Notes: generated from the sequence alone by a model not told the origin. DNA of 18,398 bases from Fibrobacterota bacterium (GCA_043753995.1 JAYUVP010000047.1:1-18398); one strand, 5' to 3'; positions 6,991-15,641 are shown, numbered from the stretch's first letter. Program-made: numbers and translations.

Positions 6991-9030
6991 CTAAGGGAAT
7001 AAAGCGATGACATGCTTTTGCAAAGCCACGGCCGTCATGGGCAATTCCTGCTGCAAATCAGCGACAATCAAAGCGATTTGGTCCCAGTCGCCTTCGTCCA
7101 CCGTGGATTCCAAACGGCGGGCCAACTGGGAAAGGCTTGCGGCACCTAAAAGCAAGCTGCTGCCGGCAACCTTGTGCGCGGCGCGCTGAATGGCCTCTAC
7201 TTGATGGTGGCGCAATCCGAATTGCATGCGCTCCAGTTCTTTCTGTGCGGATTGCGTGTACACCCTAAGCAGCCTGTCGGCCAAGGGTTTATTCGCCAGC
7301 GGGCTCATGGTGCGGGAGAGTCGATGGCCGTCAATTCGGCGATCCGGCGGTGACTCGATAGGGTCGGTGCGGATGGAGGATGTCGTAGTTGGCAGGCAAC
7401 GCTTCAAAGCGTCAATCAAGTCTTTCAGGGAAAACGGCTTGATTAAGACATCGTCCATGCCAGCGGCCAAACATTGTACGCGATCCTTTGCTCCAGCTAG
7501 GGCGGTCATGGCAATCAGGGGCAAGCGCTTGGTTTCGCTCTCTTGTCGGCGCAGGGCTTGCGCGACTTGAAAGCCGCTTCTGCCGGGCATTTGGCAATCC
7601 AAAAGGGCGGCGTCGAAATGCATTTCCCCCAATAATTGCAATGCCGAGTCGCCATTGGAAACGCTTTTGACCAAGCAGCCTCGGTTTTGCAGCCAGGTTC
7701 GCACCAGAATTTGATTCACGGGTTGATCTTCGGCGACGAGCAGGCATAGCCCACTCAGCCAAGATTCTGCGATAGTCGCGTCAACTATCACATCGGATTC
7801 GGAGATGCATTTTCGCCTTTGCATCAGGGTTTCGCCCAAGCGATGGGCCGCAATGGGTTGGGTAAGGGATCGTGCGTTTTCCTGGCCCAGGGTTTCTAAG
7901 GCTTTACCCAGCTTTGCCAAGGGCGCCATGCCGAGGCATGGGATGTCGCTATGGCGGGCATAGGCAAACCAGGATTCGATTAGGGAAGATGGCACCGAAG
8001 GGTCTTCAGTCAATTGCAGGAGCGCCGTATCGAGACGTCGACCCGTTTCTTGTCCGGCACGAAGCGCCGGAGCGATTTCATACGGTGTTTGTGCCACATG
8101 CACATTGCATCCCAAGCGAGTGAGGTCGGTGATGATTTGGCGGCGGGTTTCCAGGCGCGGTTCCCAGAGCAAAACTTGCAGGCCCCGAAGTGCGGCAAAA
8201 GGAAGATGTTTTTCTTTCGCCGTTTTCATTGGCAAGGTGAGGAGAATCTGGGTTCCCTCGGCATTGCTCGATTCCAGTTTCAGATTTCCACTCATTTGAT
8301 CGGCGATGTTTTTTGACAGGGCAAGTCCCAAGCCCCCGCCATTCGCCCCGATTTTTCGAGAAAAAGGATTGGAAACAAAATTTTCTCGTGCTTCGGAAGG
8401 CAAACCCGGCCCAGTATCGGTGATCCGGAATTCGAGTCGATTTTCTTTGCCGCGTTCGACATCCCCATTTTCGCTCACGCTTAATACCACTTTGCCCTGT
8501 GACGTGTATTTCAAAGCATTGCCTACCACGTTGATCAAGATTTGCTTGAGTGCCAAGGCCTGACCGAGTCGGTTATCAGCGACATTCTCCTCGGCGCCAA
8601 GAACGAATTCCAAACCCTTGGCATCGGCGAGAGGCGCCAGGGCATCGCCTATTTCCGCCAGCAATTCCCGCAGCGAGAAGGAATCTGCCTCAGGTTTGGG
8701 CCCCACCCCGTTTCTACTGGGCGAAACGATCAGGGTTTGTGCCAAATGCAGGAGATGTCGACCGGAAGCGCGCAAGTTTTCAGCATAGCGTCTCTGGGAG
8801 GGATTTAAGTCGGATTGAAGCAGCAAATCCGTCATGCCCAAAAGTCCATGCAAGGGCAGACGCAAGTCATGGCTGACCGAAAGGGTTTGAAGGGATAGGT
8901 TATGCCATGCTTTTTCGGCAGAAATTTGTTTTCTGCGGAAGGTAATGCACAAGCCGGTTAAAATGGCAAAGCAAGTCAGGCCGAGCAGGGCCAAAATGGC
9001 CCATTGAGCGGGCAGGGGGGCAACCAGCAT
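6991..9030 (-). CDS. Hybrid histidine kinase: single TM - HisKA - HATPase - pseudo-receiver - receiver - Hpt
   Basis: H-box SHDLRLP, N-box QILINVVGNALKYT, G1 DTGPG, G2 GGGLGL; intact REC (AEDQPVNQ..LLDCQMPG..MTA..KP); Hpt AHKVAGSS. Confidence 0.92.
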   Translation of the reverse strand: MLVAPLPAQWAILALLGLTCFAILTGLCITFRRKQISAEKAWHNLSLQTLSVSHDLRLPLHGLLGMTDLLLQSDLNPSQRRYAENLRASGRHLLHLAQTLIVSPSRNGVGPKPEADSFSLRELLAEIGDALAPLADAKGLEFVLGAEENVADNRLGQALALKQILINVVGNALKYTSQGKVVLSVSENGDVERGKENRLEFRITDTGPGLPSEARENFVSNPFSRKIGANGGGLGLALSKNIADQMSGNLKLESSNAEGTQILLTLPMKTAKEKHLPFAALRGLQVLLWEPRLETRRQIITDLTRLGCNVHVAQTPYEIAPALRAGQETGRRLDTALLQLTEDPSVPSSLIESWFAYARHSDIPCLGMAPLAKLGKALETLGQENARSLTQPIAAHRLGETLMQRRKCISESDVIVDATIAESWLSGLCLLVAEDQPVNQILVRTWLQNRGCLVKSVSNGDSALQLLGEMHFDAALLDCQMPGRSGFQVAQALRRQESETKRLPLIAMTALAGAKDRVQCLAAGMDDVLIKPFSLKDLIDALKRCLPTTTSSIRTDPIESPPDRRIDGHRLSRTMSPLANKPLADRLLRVYTQSAQKELERMQFGLRHHQVEAIQRAAHKVAGSSLLLGAASLSQLARRLESTVDEGDWDQIALIVADLQQELPMTAVALQKHVIALFP

Positions 9031-9086
9031 GTTACCCAGGATTGTAGCGGCTTATTCCCCGTCAATGCCAGAACTATTTACGGACC

Positions 9087-10928
9087 CTATTCCTCGATGA
9101 ATCGTGACGCCCAAGAACGCACATGCTTGCCATTGAGCATGTGAAAGCGCCTCATTTTGCGCAGGGTTTCGGCGGAGAAAGACCCCAGGGGAATGTGCAC
9201 GAGGCGGCGGCCGAAACGGCGGGCGAGCAGCCGCAGCCGTAGGGACGGGCGGCGCTCGGCGACATAGGCCAGGGATTTCTCCCGGCTATGCAATAAGGCG
9301 CCGTAAACCAATTGCTCGGCCAACCCCCGCAGGCCCAGGGCGTCGGCTGGCAGGGAGAAAATATCGGGCACTTGCCGGGGAGGAAAAAGCAGGCTGAGGC
9401 CACCGTATTCGGCTTCGGCAATGCCTGGTCCAATCATGCGAGCCATCGGATCGGTGGCATAAAAAGTCAGAGTCGATTCTTCGGGGTGCTCGGCATACCA
9501 GGTCACTTGCTGGGGATAGCGCTCGTCATGGCTATCGTCGAAAATCATGATCACGGTGTCGACATGCCGGGTTTGTGGCGGCACTTCGCGCACATAAACT
9601 TTTTGCGAATGCCATTGCCTCAGGGTTTCGCGAATGTCGATGCCATCTTTCAGGCTGGAGGTCATACGCTCGACGCGGTGATGCGACATGGGATCGCGAT
9701 CGCGCGCGCGGGTGCGCACCACGCGGTTGAAGCGTTCGATGCGGGCGTCTTCGGGGAGGTGCGAGCATAGGCCTCGGGCATCCCAGGCATAGCGATAGGA
9801 TTTTTGCTTTTTGCGATCCGGCTCGGGCTTGAGGCGTAGGCTTTTCCAAAGCTTGGGCTGATCTTCCAGCAAATTAAAAGCCGAGATGGCTTCTTCGTCG
9901 GGCTCCTGGATGCGATCCGGCCCGACTTGCAGCCACTGATCTTTTTCAGGGTGCATAAAGGGATAAAAGCGACCGGCCTCCAGCAATCGGCGAGCAAAAC
10001 CCGATCCGAGTACGCCCTTGGCTGCGATGAGCAAATTCAATAGGGAAGGGGTGAGGGCGCCTTCCAAAGCCGCGAGATTACGGGCATAGGTTAAGGATTG
10101 CTGTACGCCCTTTACGGTTACGGATCGCCTCTCGACGGCTTGTTCCAGGAATTGTTCGCGCGTACGCAGGAAAAGGGTTTTCACCAATTCGAAATAAGGT
10201 TTGGGCATGGCCAATGGATTTTGGCGCTCTCTCTCGACCTCGGCGGCAAAGAAAGGGGGTTCTCCTAAGGCGAAATACAGGTGTTCCGGTTTGACGGGGT
10301 AGACCCTGGCCTCATCGCAAACCGTATTGTCCTCGCCCGGAGCAATGGGCTTTTCCGCATAGAGCTTTTCTACCCAGGGCAATAGCGGATAGTCGCAAAC
10401 GAAAAGCACTCGTGCCTCTTTTGCCTTCAGTCGGCGCAGTTCATGCGTGACACGTCTTGCTAAAACTCTCCATATTTGGCTTGCTTCCTCGCCCTCTAGA
10501 CCCTGCACCGCCAGGCGATGGTATTCTGCCACCCCGAGGGCCGAGAGCAAATGCGCATCGGGCAAGGGAATGTCCCGACGCTCAGTCAAACGGGTATCGT
10601 CTTCGAGAGCCAAGCACGGGATGCCGCGCTGGCTTGCCTGTCGCCAGGCCTCGATATAGGCGTCGCAGGGATCGAAAGGCAGGTAACATCGCGGAGACGC
10701 ACGGTCGCGGAAAACGGCAGCCTGCACTTCAGGCAAGGCCTCTATGCCCTCATGGATGGCCTCATCCCAACCCGCGGGAAAAGCAATGGCGATGGCATCA
10801 TAGCGGCGCGACCAAAGCAATTGCCGCAAAGCCATGGCGAAGACGGCCGAGCCATGCTTCACCGGCATGACGTCGAGGCCGGGTTCCCATGTCAGCGGAA
10901 TAGGAGATTCGCCGCCCGCCATGCTCAT
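9087..10928 (-). CDS. Uncharacterised 613-aa MoxR-associated protein (YehM/DUF5682/TraB-like N-terminus; vWA-like remnant in the C-terminal part)
   Basis: Long ORF with a 4-nt ATGA overlap with the MoxR stop (10925-10928). Motifs PVKHGS..YDAIAIAFP, YARNLAALEG, CSHLPED, DGIDIRETLR, VIMIFDDS, TWYAEH, GPGI..YGG. The CDS is secure; domain calls are inference. Confidence 0.8.
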   Translation of the reverse strand: MSMAGGESPIPLTWEPGLDVMPVKHGSAVFAMALRQLLWSRRYDAIAIAFPAGWDEAIHEGIEALPEVQAAVFRDRASPRCYLPFDPCDAYIEAWRQASQRGIPCLALEDDTRLTERRDIPLPDAHLLSALGVAEYHRLAVQGLEGEEASQIWRVLARRVTHELRRLKAKEARVLFVCDYPLLPWVEKLYAEKPIAPGEDNTVCDEARVYPVKPEHLYFALGEPPFFAAEVERERQNPLAMPKPYFELVKTLFLRTREQFLEQAVERRSVTVKGVQQSLTYARNLAALEGALTPSLLNLLIAAKGVLGSGFARRLLEAGRFYPFMHPEKDQWLQVGPDRIQEPDEEAISAFNLLEDQPKLWKSLRLKPEPDRKKQKSYRYAWDARGLCSHLPEDARIERFNRVVRTRARDRDPMSHHRVERMTSSLKDGIDIRETLRQWHSQKVYVREVPPQTRHVDTVIMIFDDSHDERYPQQVTWYAEHPEESTLTFYATDPMARMIGPGIAEAEYGGLSLLFPPRQVPDIFSLPADALGLRGLAEQLVYGALLHSREKSLAYVAERRPSLRLRLLARRFGRRLVHIPLGSFSAETLRKMRRFHMLNGKHVRSWASRFIEE

Positions 10929-11845
10929 CGATCGTCGTCGGGACGCAAAGGGCTATCCCCTTCAAAAAAGAAATCGCCTAAATCCAAGCCTTGCCCTGAA
11001 AGCCCCGCCTGGCGTCGCCGCTGGGCCACTCGCTCCAAGTCGAGGGCGTCCTCTCCCAGGATTCGCGCCATGGCCAGGGAAAACAAAGTTGCGGGATCGG
11101 CCTGTCGCATTTCGCCCAGCTTGGATGCGAAGCGAATGGCATTGAGGCCATCGCGTATCGAATAAGGCAAATCCAAGGCATGGGCTTTCTGCAAAAAACC
11201 CGTGCAAATGCGGAGCAATTCCTCCGGGGCATCGGGCAAATTATAGCGCAGGATTTGCAGCTCTTCCTCTTCCCCAGGGAAAGGCAATTCAATCGAAGGC
11301 TGTATGCGCGAGAGGATATAGTCGGGGATTTCAAAGGTGCTGTCGTCTTCATTCATGGTGATGGCGCAGCGAAAATCGATATGGGCTTTGAGTGTCACTC
11401 CGGCCACCAGAGAATCCACCGTGCGGCGATCATCGAGCAAAGGTGCGAGAGAAGCCCAAGATTTTTCCGACATGCGATTGCCTTCGTCGAGCACAGCCAC
11501 ACCTCCCGTGATCAAGGCGGATACCAGGGGCGAGGCTTGATAGCGAATGCGGCCGCCGGCATCGAGAACCGGAGTGAGCACAAGATCTTCAGGGCGAGTG
11601 TCGGCCGTGCATTGCATGACGTATACGCTTTGGCCGCGGCGCTTCGCGGCGGCCATGGCCAAGGTGGTTTTTCCCAGGCCGGGATGGCCTATGAGTCTAG
11701 GCGTCAGGGGTCTATCGGTAGGCGATAAAGTGAGCCAGCAGGCGAGCAATTCGGTGAGTGGCTGTTCTTGGCCTATCCACTCGACGCCGAGCTCTACGGG
11801 ATGGCTAAGATGAATGTCGATATGGTCGATACGGACGGTTTGCAT
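10925..11845 (-). CDS. MoxR-family AAA+ ATPase (AAA_5-type)
   Basis: Walker A GHPGLGKT, QCTADTRPEDL, Walker B AVLDEGNR, sensor I ITMN, Arg-finger region LSRI. Confidence 0.9.
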   Translation of the reverse strand: MQTVRIDHIDIHLSHPVELGVEWIGQEQPLTELLACWLTLSPTDRPLTPRLIGHPGLGKTTLAMAAAKRRGQSVYVMQCTADTRPEDLVLTPVLDAGGRIRYQASPLVSALITGGVAVLDEGNRMSEKSWASLAPLLDDRRTVDSLVAGVTLKAHIDFRCAITMNEDDSTFEIPDYILSRIQPSIELPFPGEEEELQILRYNLPDAPEELLRICTGFLQKAHALDLPYSIRDGLNAIRFASKLGEMRQADPATLFSLAMARILGEDALDLERVAQRRRQAGLSGQGLDLGDFFFEGDSPLRPDDDR

Positions 11846-11852
11846 GCCGTCG

Positions 11853-11858
11853 AATCTA
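11853..11858 (-). promoter_or_regulatory. Putative -10 element (TAGATT), 7 nt before the MoxR ATG
   Basis: Minus strand TAGATT-cgacggc-ATG; no SD. Confidence 0.5.
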
Positions 11859-11872
11859 AATCGATGAAATGG

Positions 11873-12457
11873 TTATTCCGACGCGGCCTTCCGCTCATTG
11901 CGTAAAGCTTCCAATTGGGGATGCAAATGCTCGGTATAGCATTCGGGACAAACCGAATGGGAAATGTCAGCGCCAATGCGATTCTGCAGGAAAGTTTCCA
12001 GTTTTTGCCAAAATCCGGCGTCTTCGCGGACTTTTTTGCAATACATGCAAACCGGCACTAATTCCTTCAGGGTATTGATTTGGTGATGAAAATTCAAAAT
12101 GCGGCTAGCCACATTCAGCCTCGCCAATAAACTGGCGATGTCAATGGGTTTGGACAAAAAGTCATCGACCCCGGCAGCCATAGCCGATTGAAAAATATCT
12201 TCGCCGGCATGGGAGGTGACAAGGATGAAATAGGTGTACTCACGTGCACTCGGATTGCGAATTAATTGACAAAGCTGTAAACCGCTTTGGCCTGGCATTT
12301 CCATGTCGCTGACTACCAAGTTCGGGCCAAAAGTCTGGTAAAAAAGCCAGGCCTCCTCACCATTCTTGGCCACATGCAATTCATGCCCTGCCTTTTGCAT
12401 CGCCGTGGCGAGCATTAGGCGCGCCACCGGATCGTCTTCTGCCAGCAGGATGCGCAT
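11873..12457 (-). CDS. Response regulator: receiver plus C-terminal CxxC...HxxCxxC putative metal-binding domain, no DNA-binding domain
   Basis: RILLAEDD, VSDMEMPG, VTS, FLSKP; C-terminus VCMYCKKVREDAGFWQKLETFL...SHSVCPECY. Confidence 0.9.
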   Translation of the reverse strand: MRILLAEDDPVARLMLATAMQKAGHELHVAKNGEEAWLFYQTFGPNLVVSDMEMPGQSGLQLCQLIRNPSAREYTYFILVTSHAGEDIFQSAMAAGVDDFLSKPIDIASLLARLNVASRILNFHHQINTLKELVPVCMYCKKVREDAGFWQKLETFLQNRIGADISHSVCPECYTEHLHPQLEALRNERKAASE

Positions 12458-12459
12458 TA

Positions 12460-12822
12460 TCAGGTTTTGATTTCCGGGGCGAGGCAGGCTTGCAATTCTG
12501 CCAAGCCTTGTTCTAGCGCTACCAGCCAGGACCTGGGGTCGGGAGGCGCAGAGTCTCGAAATTGGATTTCTAAAAGTTTCACCAAGGACGCCAATTTTTC
12601 TGCTCCTATGCTTATACAGGCGCCTTTAAATGCATGCATTTCATTACGGGCGGCAGAAGAATTAAATGGGCTTTCACGACCGAGGGATTCGAGGGTGCCT
12701 AAGGTCTCATGGGCCGATTCTAAAAAAAGCTGAAAAAGTTCAGACCGCTCCTCACCATTTAGTACGGTGGAAAGCCGGTTTAGATTTAAAACGGGAGGGT
12801 CTAAGCGAGCATCCTTCAACAA
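12460..12822 (-). CDS. Stand-alone Hpt (histidine phosphotransfer) protein
   Basis: HAFKGACISIGA Hpt motif; stop 2 nt from the response regulator start. TTG start is uncertain, but an in-frame stop at 12853-12855 bounds it. Confidence 0.85.
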   Translation of the reverse strand: MLKDARLDPPVLNLNRLSTVLNGEERSELFQLFLESAHETLGTLESLGRESPFNSSAARNEMHAFKGACISIGAEKLASLVKLLEIQFRDSAPPDPRSWLVALEQGLAELQACLAPEIKT

Positions 12823-12985
12823 TTTGGACTTTCGGCTTGGGTGATTGGGCGTTCATTCGGATTGTATGTCCGGGCGTTGCCGGACGACAAAGAGGTAATT
12901 CAAGAGAAAATTGCGATGATATTGTTTTCTAGGTACTATTTGGGTCTTATCACACCCTTTTTTGACGCCAGGGAAATCGAACGGC

Positions 12986-13609
12986 ATGACAAGAATACTC
13001 CTAGTCGATGATCACCCGGTTTTGCTCGAAGGCCTTCGCCTACTGCTCAAACATCAAGACGGATTGCTCATTTGCGGTCAAGCTAGGTCGTCGCAAGAGG
13101 CTTTGACTCTCGCCAAGAGTGAAAAACCTGATTTGGTTATTCTCGATTTCAGCCTAGGCGGGGAACCTGCCGTTGGCCTAATTCGTGAGCTGAAAGAAGC
13201 TGTACCCGGCGTACGCGTCCTGATGTACTCCATGCATGATATTAGCGCCTATGCCGACCGGGTTTCTCGCGCTGGCGGTGACGGTTATGTCATGAAAGAG
13301 GAGCCGGCTGAGAACCTGCTGACCGCCATTCGTGAGGTCTTGGCCGGGCGGGCTTGGTTTCCCGGTCGCAAAGGCGAAGCGCTTGAAGGCGGTCTGAAGA
13401 CTAAGGTGCCATCGCTTTCAAATCGGGAATTGCAGGTCTTCGAATCTCTGGGACGGGGCTTGGGTGTCAAAGACGTGGCTTTAAAGTTGGGTTTATCCGC
13501 CAAAACGGTGGAAACCCATTGCGCCAGCATTAAGCGTAAGCTGGGCTTGCAAAATGCCCATCATTTATTTCAGGCCGCCGCACGTTGGGAACAAGCCGGA
13601 CGCGCCTGA
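12986..13609 (+). CDS. NarL/FixJ-family DNA-binding response regulator (REC + LuxR HTH)
   Basis: RILLVDDHP, LVILDFSL, YSMH, YVMKE; HTH LSNRELQVF..LGLSAKTVETH. ATG 12986 preferred over TTG 12962. Confidence 0.92.
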   Translation: MTRILLVDDHPVLLEGLRLLLKHQDGLLICGQARSSQEALTLAKSEKPDLVILDFSLGGEPAVGLIRELKEAVPGVRVLMYSMHDISAYADRVSRAGGDGYVMKEEPAENLLTAIREVLAGRAWFPGRKGEALEGGLKTKVPSLSNRELQVFESLGRGLGVKDVALKLGLSAKTVETHCASIKRKLGLQNAHHLFQAAARWEQAGRA

Positions 13610-13626
13610 GAACGCTTTTCGATTCC

Positions 13627-13632
13627 TAGTTT
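13627..13632 (+). promoter_or_regulatory. Putative -10 element (TAGTTT), 7 nt before the trxB ATG
   Basis: TAGTTT-atcgggc-ATG; no SD. Confidence 0.5.
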
Positions 13633-13639
13633 ATCGGGC

Positions 13640-14587
13640 ATGGAGAAAGTTCTCATTATCGGCTCCGGCCCCGCAGGACATACCGCCGCGATTTATGCGG
13701 CGCGTGCCAACTTGAATCCCCTGATGTTTGAAGGCTTTATGGCGGCGGGTATTGCCGCCGGAGGCCAATTGACCACCACTACCGAGGTGGAAAATTATCC
13801 CGGCTTCACCGCCATCAGCGGTCCCGAACTTATGCATCACATGCGCGAGCAGGCTGTGCATTGCGGTGCTCGCATTCGCACCGAAACCATAGCCAAGGTC
13901 GACCTCTCCAAAAGGCCTTTTCAGGTTTGGAATGAAGACGGCGAAAAGTTTGAGAGCGAGACTCTCATCATCGCCACCGGTGCCACGGCCAAGCGCATGG
14001 GCGTTCCGGGTGAAGAAGAGCTTTGGCAGCGCGGAATTTCCGCATGTGCCGTCTGTGACGGGGCATTGCCGATTTTTCGCAATCAACCCCTCGTCGTCGT
14101 CGGCGGAGGGGATACGGCCGTCGAAGAAGCCTCCTACCTCACTAAATTCGCGAGTAAGGTTTATCTCGTGCATCGCCGCGGCGAATTGCGCGCCAGCAAG
14201 GCCATGCAGCAAAGAGCCATTAGCAATCCCAAGATTGAATTAGTCTGGCATCATGTGCTCGAATCGGCCCAAGGCAAAGATTTTTTAGAAGGCGTTCAAA
14301 TCAAGAATGTGCAGGATGGCTCCGCCAAGCAAATCGAAGCCAAGGGTTTGTTTTACGCCATTGGCCACACGCCCAATACCGCTTTTCTTGAAGGCCAGGT
14401 GAATACGGATGAGAGCGGTTATATCCTGACCGTTCCTGGAACCACCCAGACCTCGGTGCCCGGCGTCTTTGCGGCTGGCGATGTACAGGACAAAAAATAC
14501 CGGCAAGCGATTACTTCGGCTGGCACCGGATGCATGGCTGCCCTAGATGCCGAGCATTTTTTAGCCGACACCAGTCACGGACATTAG
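13640..14587 (+). CDS. trxB: Thioredoxin-disulfide reductase (low-MW type)
   Basis: GSGPAG FAD motif, VENYPGF, active site CAVC, GGGDTA and HRR NADPH motifs, [19 protein letters not shown]. Confidence 0.97.
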   Translation: MEKVLIIGSGPAGHTAAIYAARANLNPLMFEGFMAAGIAAGGQLTTTTEVENYPGFTAISGPELMHHMREQAVHCGARIRTETIAKVDLSKRPFQVWNEDGEKFESETLIIATGATAKRMGVPGEEELWQRGISACAVCDGALPIFRNQPLVVVGGGDTAVEEASYLTKFASKVYLVHRRGELRASKAMQQRAISNPKIELVWHHVLESAQGKDFLEGVQIKNVQDGSAKQIEAKGLFYAIGHTPNTAFLEGQVNTDESGYILTVPGTTQTSVPGVFAAGDVQDKKYRQAITSAGTGCMAALDAEHFLADTSHGH

Positions 14588-14612
14588 CACCCCGCTTACC
14601 GTAGCCTGAAGG

Positions 14613-15623
14613 TTACGGTAATTCCCGAATCAAATCCTGAAAGGTGCGCCACCGTTGGCCATAGCCATGGCGCACTTGAGCGAGCGCCGCATTGGCGGCT
14701 ATACCTACAGGTGCTGTGTGACCGTCTTTGTTGTCACGCCAAGCCTGCACCGCGCCATTGGGTCCTTGATACCAGCGAATATCACAGCCTTCCAGCGATT
14801 CTTTGAGCATGGGGCCGTTTTCGACGATGGGAAGGCAATGCAAGGCCATCAAGTCGTAAATGCGCGGGCTCACATGACTATTGCCTCGATCGACATCGGG
14901 GTCTTCATAGGGAATATGCAGACCGAGCTTGGCTTGCTCCAATAAAGTCCAGGTTTCTAGCGGGGCCATGGAATCTGCTTTGGCTATTACGGCTGAAAGT
15001 GGGCCGTGATAATGCTGCCAGCCCGTCCCCCCGACGCGTATTTTCGCGCCTGCTTGCCAAAGAGCCTCTAAGACACGCAAACGATAGGGGCTGGGCAAGC
15101 CCACAAAGGCGAGATCCAGAAGTCGAGTCTGCCAAGCAGCGGGTTGCCTTTGCAATAAGGTCTCCGAAGCTGCCGTGGGGAGTAACTTGAATGTGACGCC
15201 TTCCTTGGCGCAGGCGGCGGCCACGGGTCCGCGCTGAATCGCGCAAAAGGCGTGATAAGTAGGCAAGACTTGCTGCCAATAATGAGCCTGGCGAAAGTCC
15301 TCTATGAACCAATGCACAAGCTTCATCCCCTGCTGGCGCAATAGGCGTAGGGTGAAAACCGTCAGGGGCGCCAGGGCCAAGACCAAGACATGGGTCGCCT
15401 GGTGATCGAGAGCGGCAACAATCAAGGCTTGATTCATGAGGTCGACGCGCATGTCGTCGTCGGGTTCACGCAAGAGCTTGGCGAAGCCGTCGAGATAGCC
15501 CTTGGTGTCGAATACCTTGAGATCCGGCGCCTCTTCGGAGACAAGCGCGGCTTGGCGTAGGTCGAGGCCCACTTGGCGTGCGGCACCTTCGGGAGGCAAA
15601 ACTAAAAGCCAGCGTGTTTTCAC
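14613..15623 (-). CDS. CgeB-like glycosyltransferase family protein (GT-B)
   Basis: HWFIEDFR, LPTAA, DLAFVG..SPYR, GTGW, SPRIYDL and terminal HGYGQR match the CgeB/Glyco_trans_1_2 layout; GTG start. Confidence 0.75.
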   Translation of the reverse strand: MKTRWLLVLPPEGAARQVGLDLRQAALVSEEAPDLKVFDTKGYLDGFAKLLREPDDDMRVDLMNQALIVAALDHQATHVLVLALAPLTVFTLRLLRQQGMKLVHWFIEDFRQAHYWQQVLPTYHAFCAIQRGPVAAACAKEGVTFKLLPTAASETLLQRQPAAWQTRLLDLAFVGLPSPYRLRVLEALWQAGAKIRVGGTGWQHYHGPLSAVIAKADSMAPLETWTLLEQAKLGLHIPYEDPDVDRGNSHVSPRIYDLMALHCLPIVENGPMLKESLEGCDIRWYQGPNGAVQAWRDNKDGHTAPVGIAANAALAQVRHGYGQRWRTFQDLIRELP

Positions 15624-15629
15624 AGGCAG

Positions 15630-15635
15630 AGTATA
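15630..15635 (-). promoter_or_regulatory. Putative -10 element (TATACT), 6 nt before the glycosyltransferase GTG
   Basis: Minus strand TATACT-ctgcct-GTG. Confidence 0.5.
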
Positions 15636-15641
15636 GCCCTT

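Noticed and set aside
10447..11813. Several long plus-strand ORFs (up to 215 aa) opposite the MoxR pair
   Set aside because: Antisense shadows expected in GC-rich coding DNA; no motifs recognised.
9087..11845. McrBC-like or other known anti-phage ATPase/nuclease pair
   Set aside because: The ATPase lacks the McrB NxxD signature (it has MNED) and the partner shows no PD-(D/E)xK, HNH or other nuclease motif I can recognise. A defence role is not excluded but has no support here.
12752..12856. Short minus-strand ORF (MNAQSPKPKV..., 34 aa) overlapping the hpt start, or a frameshifted hpt N-terminus
   Set aside because: No recognisable features; the Hpt domain is complete from TTG 12822; its ATG is only 4 nt from the putative -10 and so probably is not transcribed.
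13631..14212. 193-aa antisense ORF over trxB
   Set aside because: Shadow frame of a well-conserved gene; no domain features.
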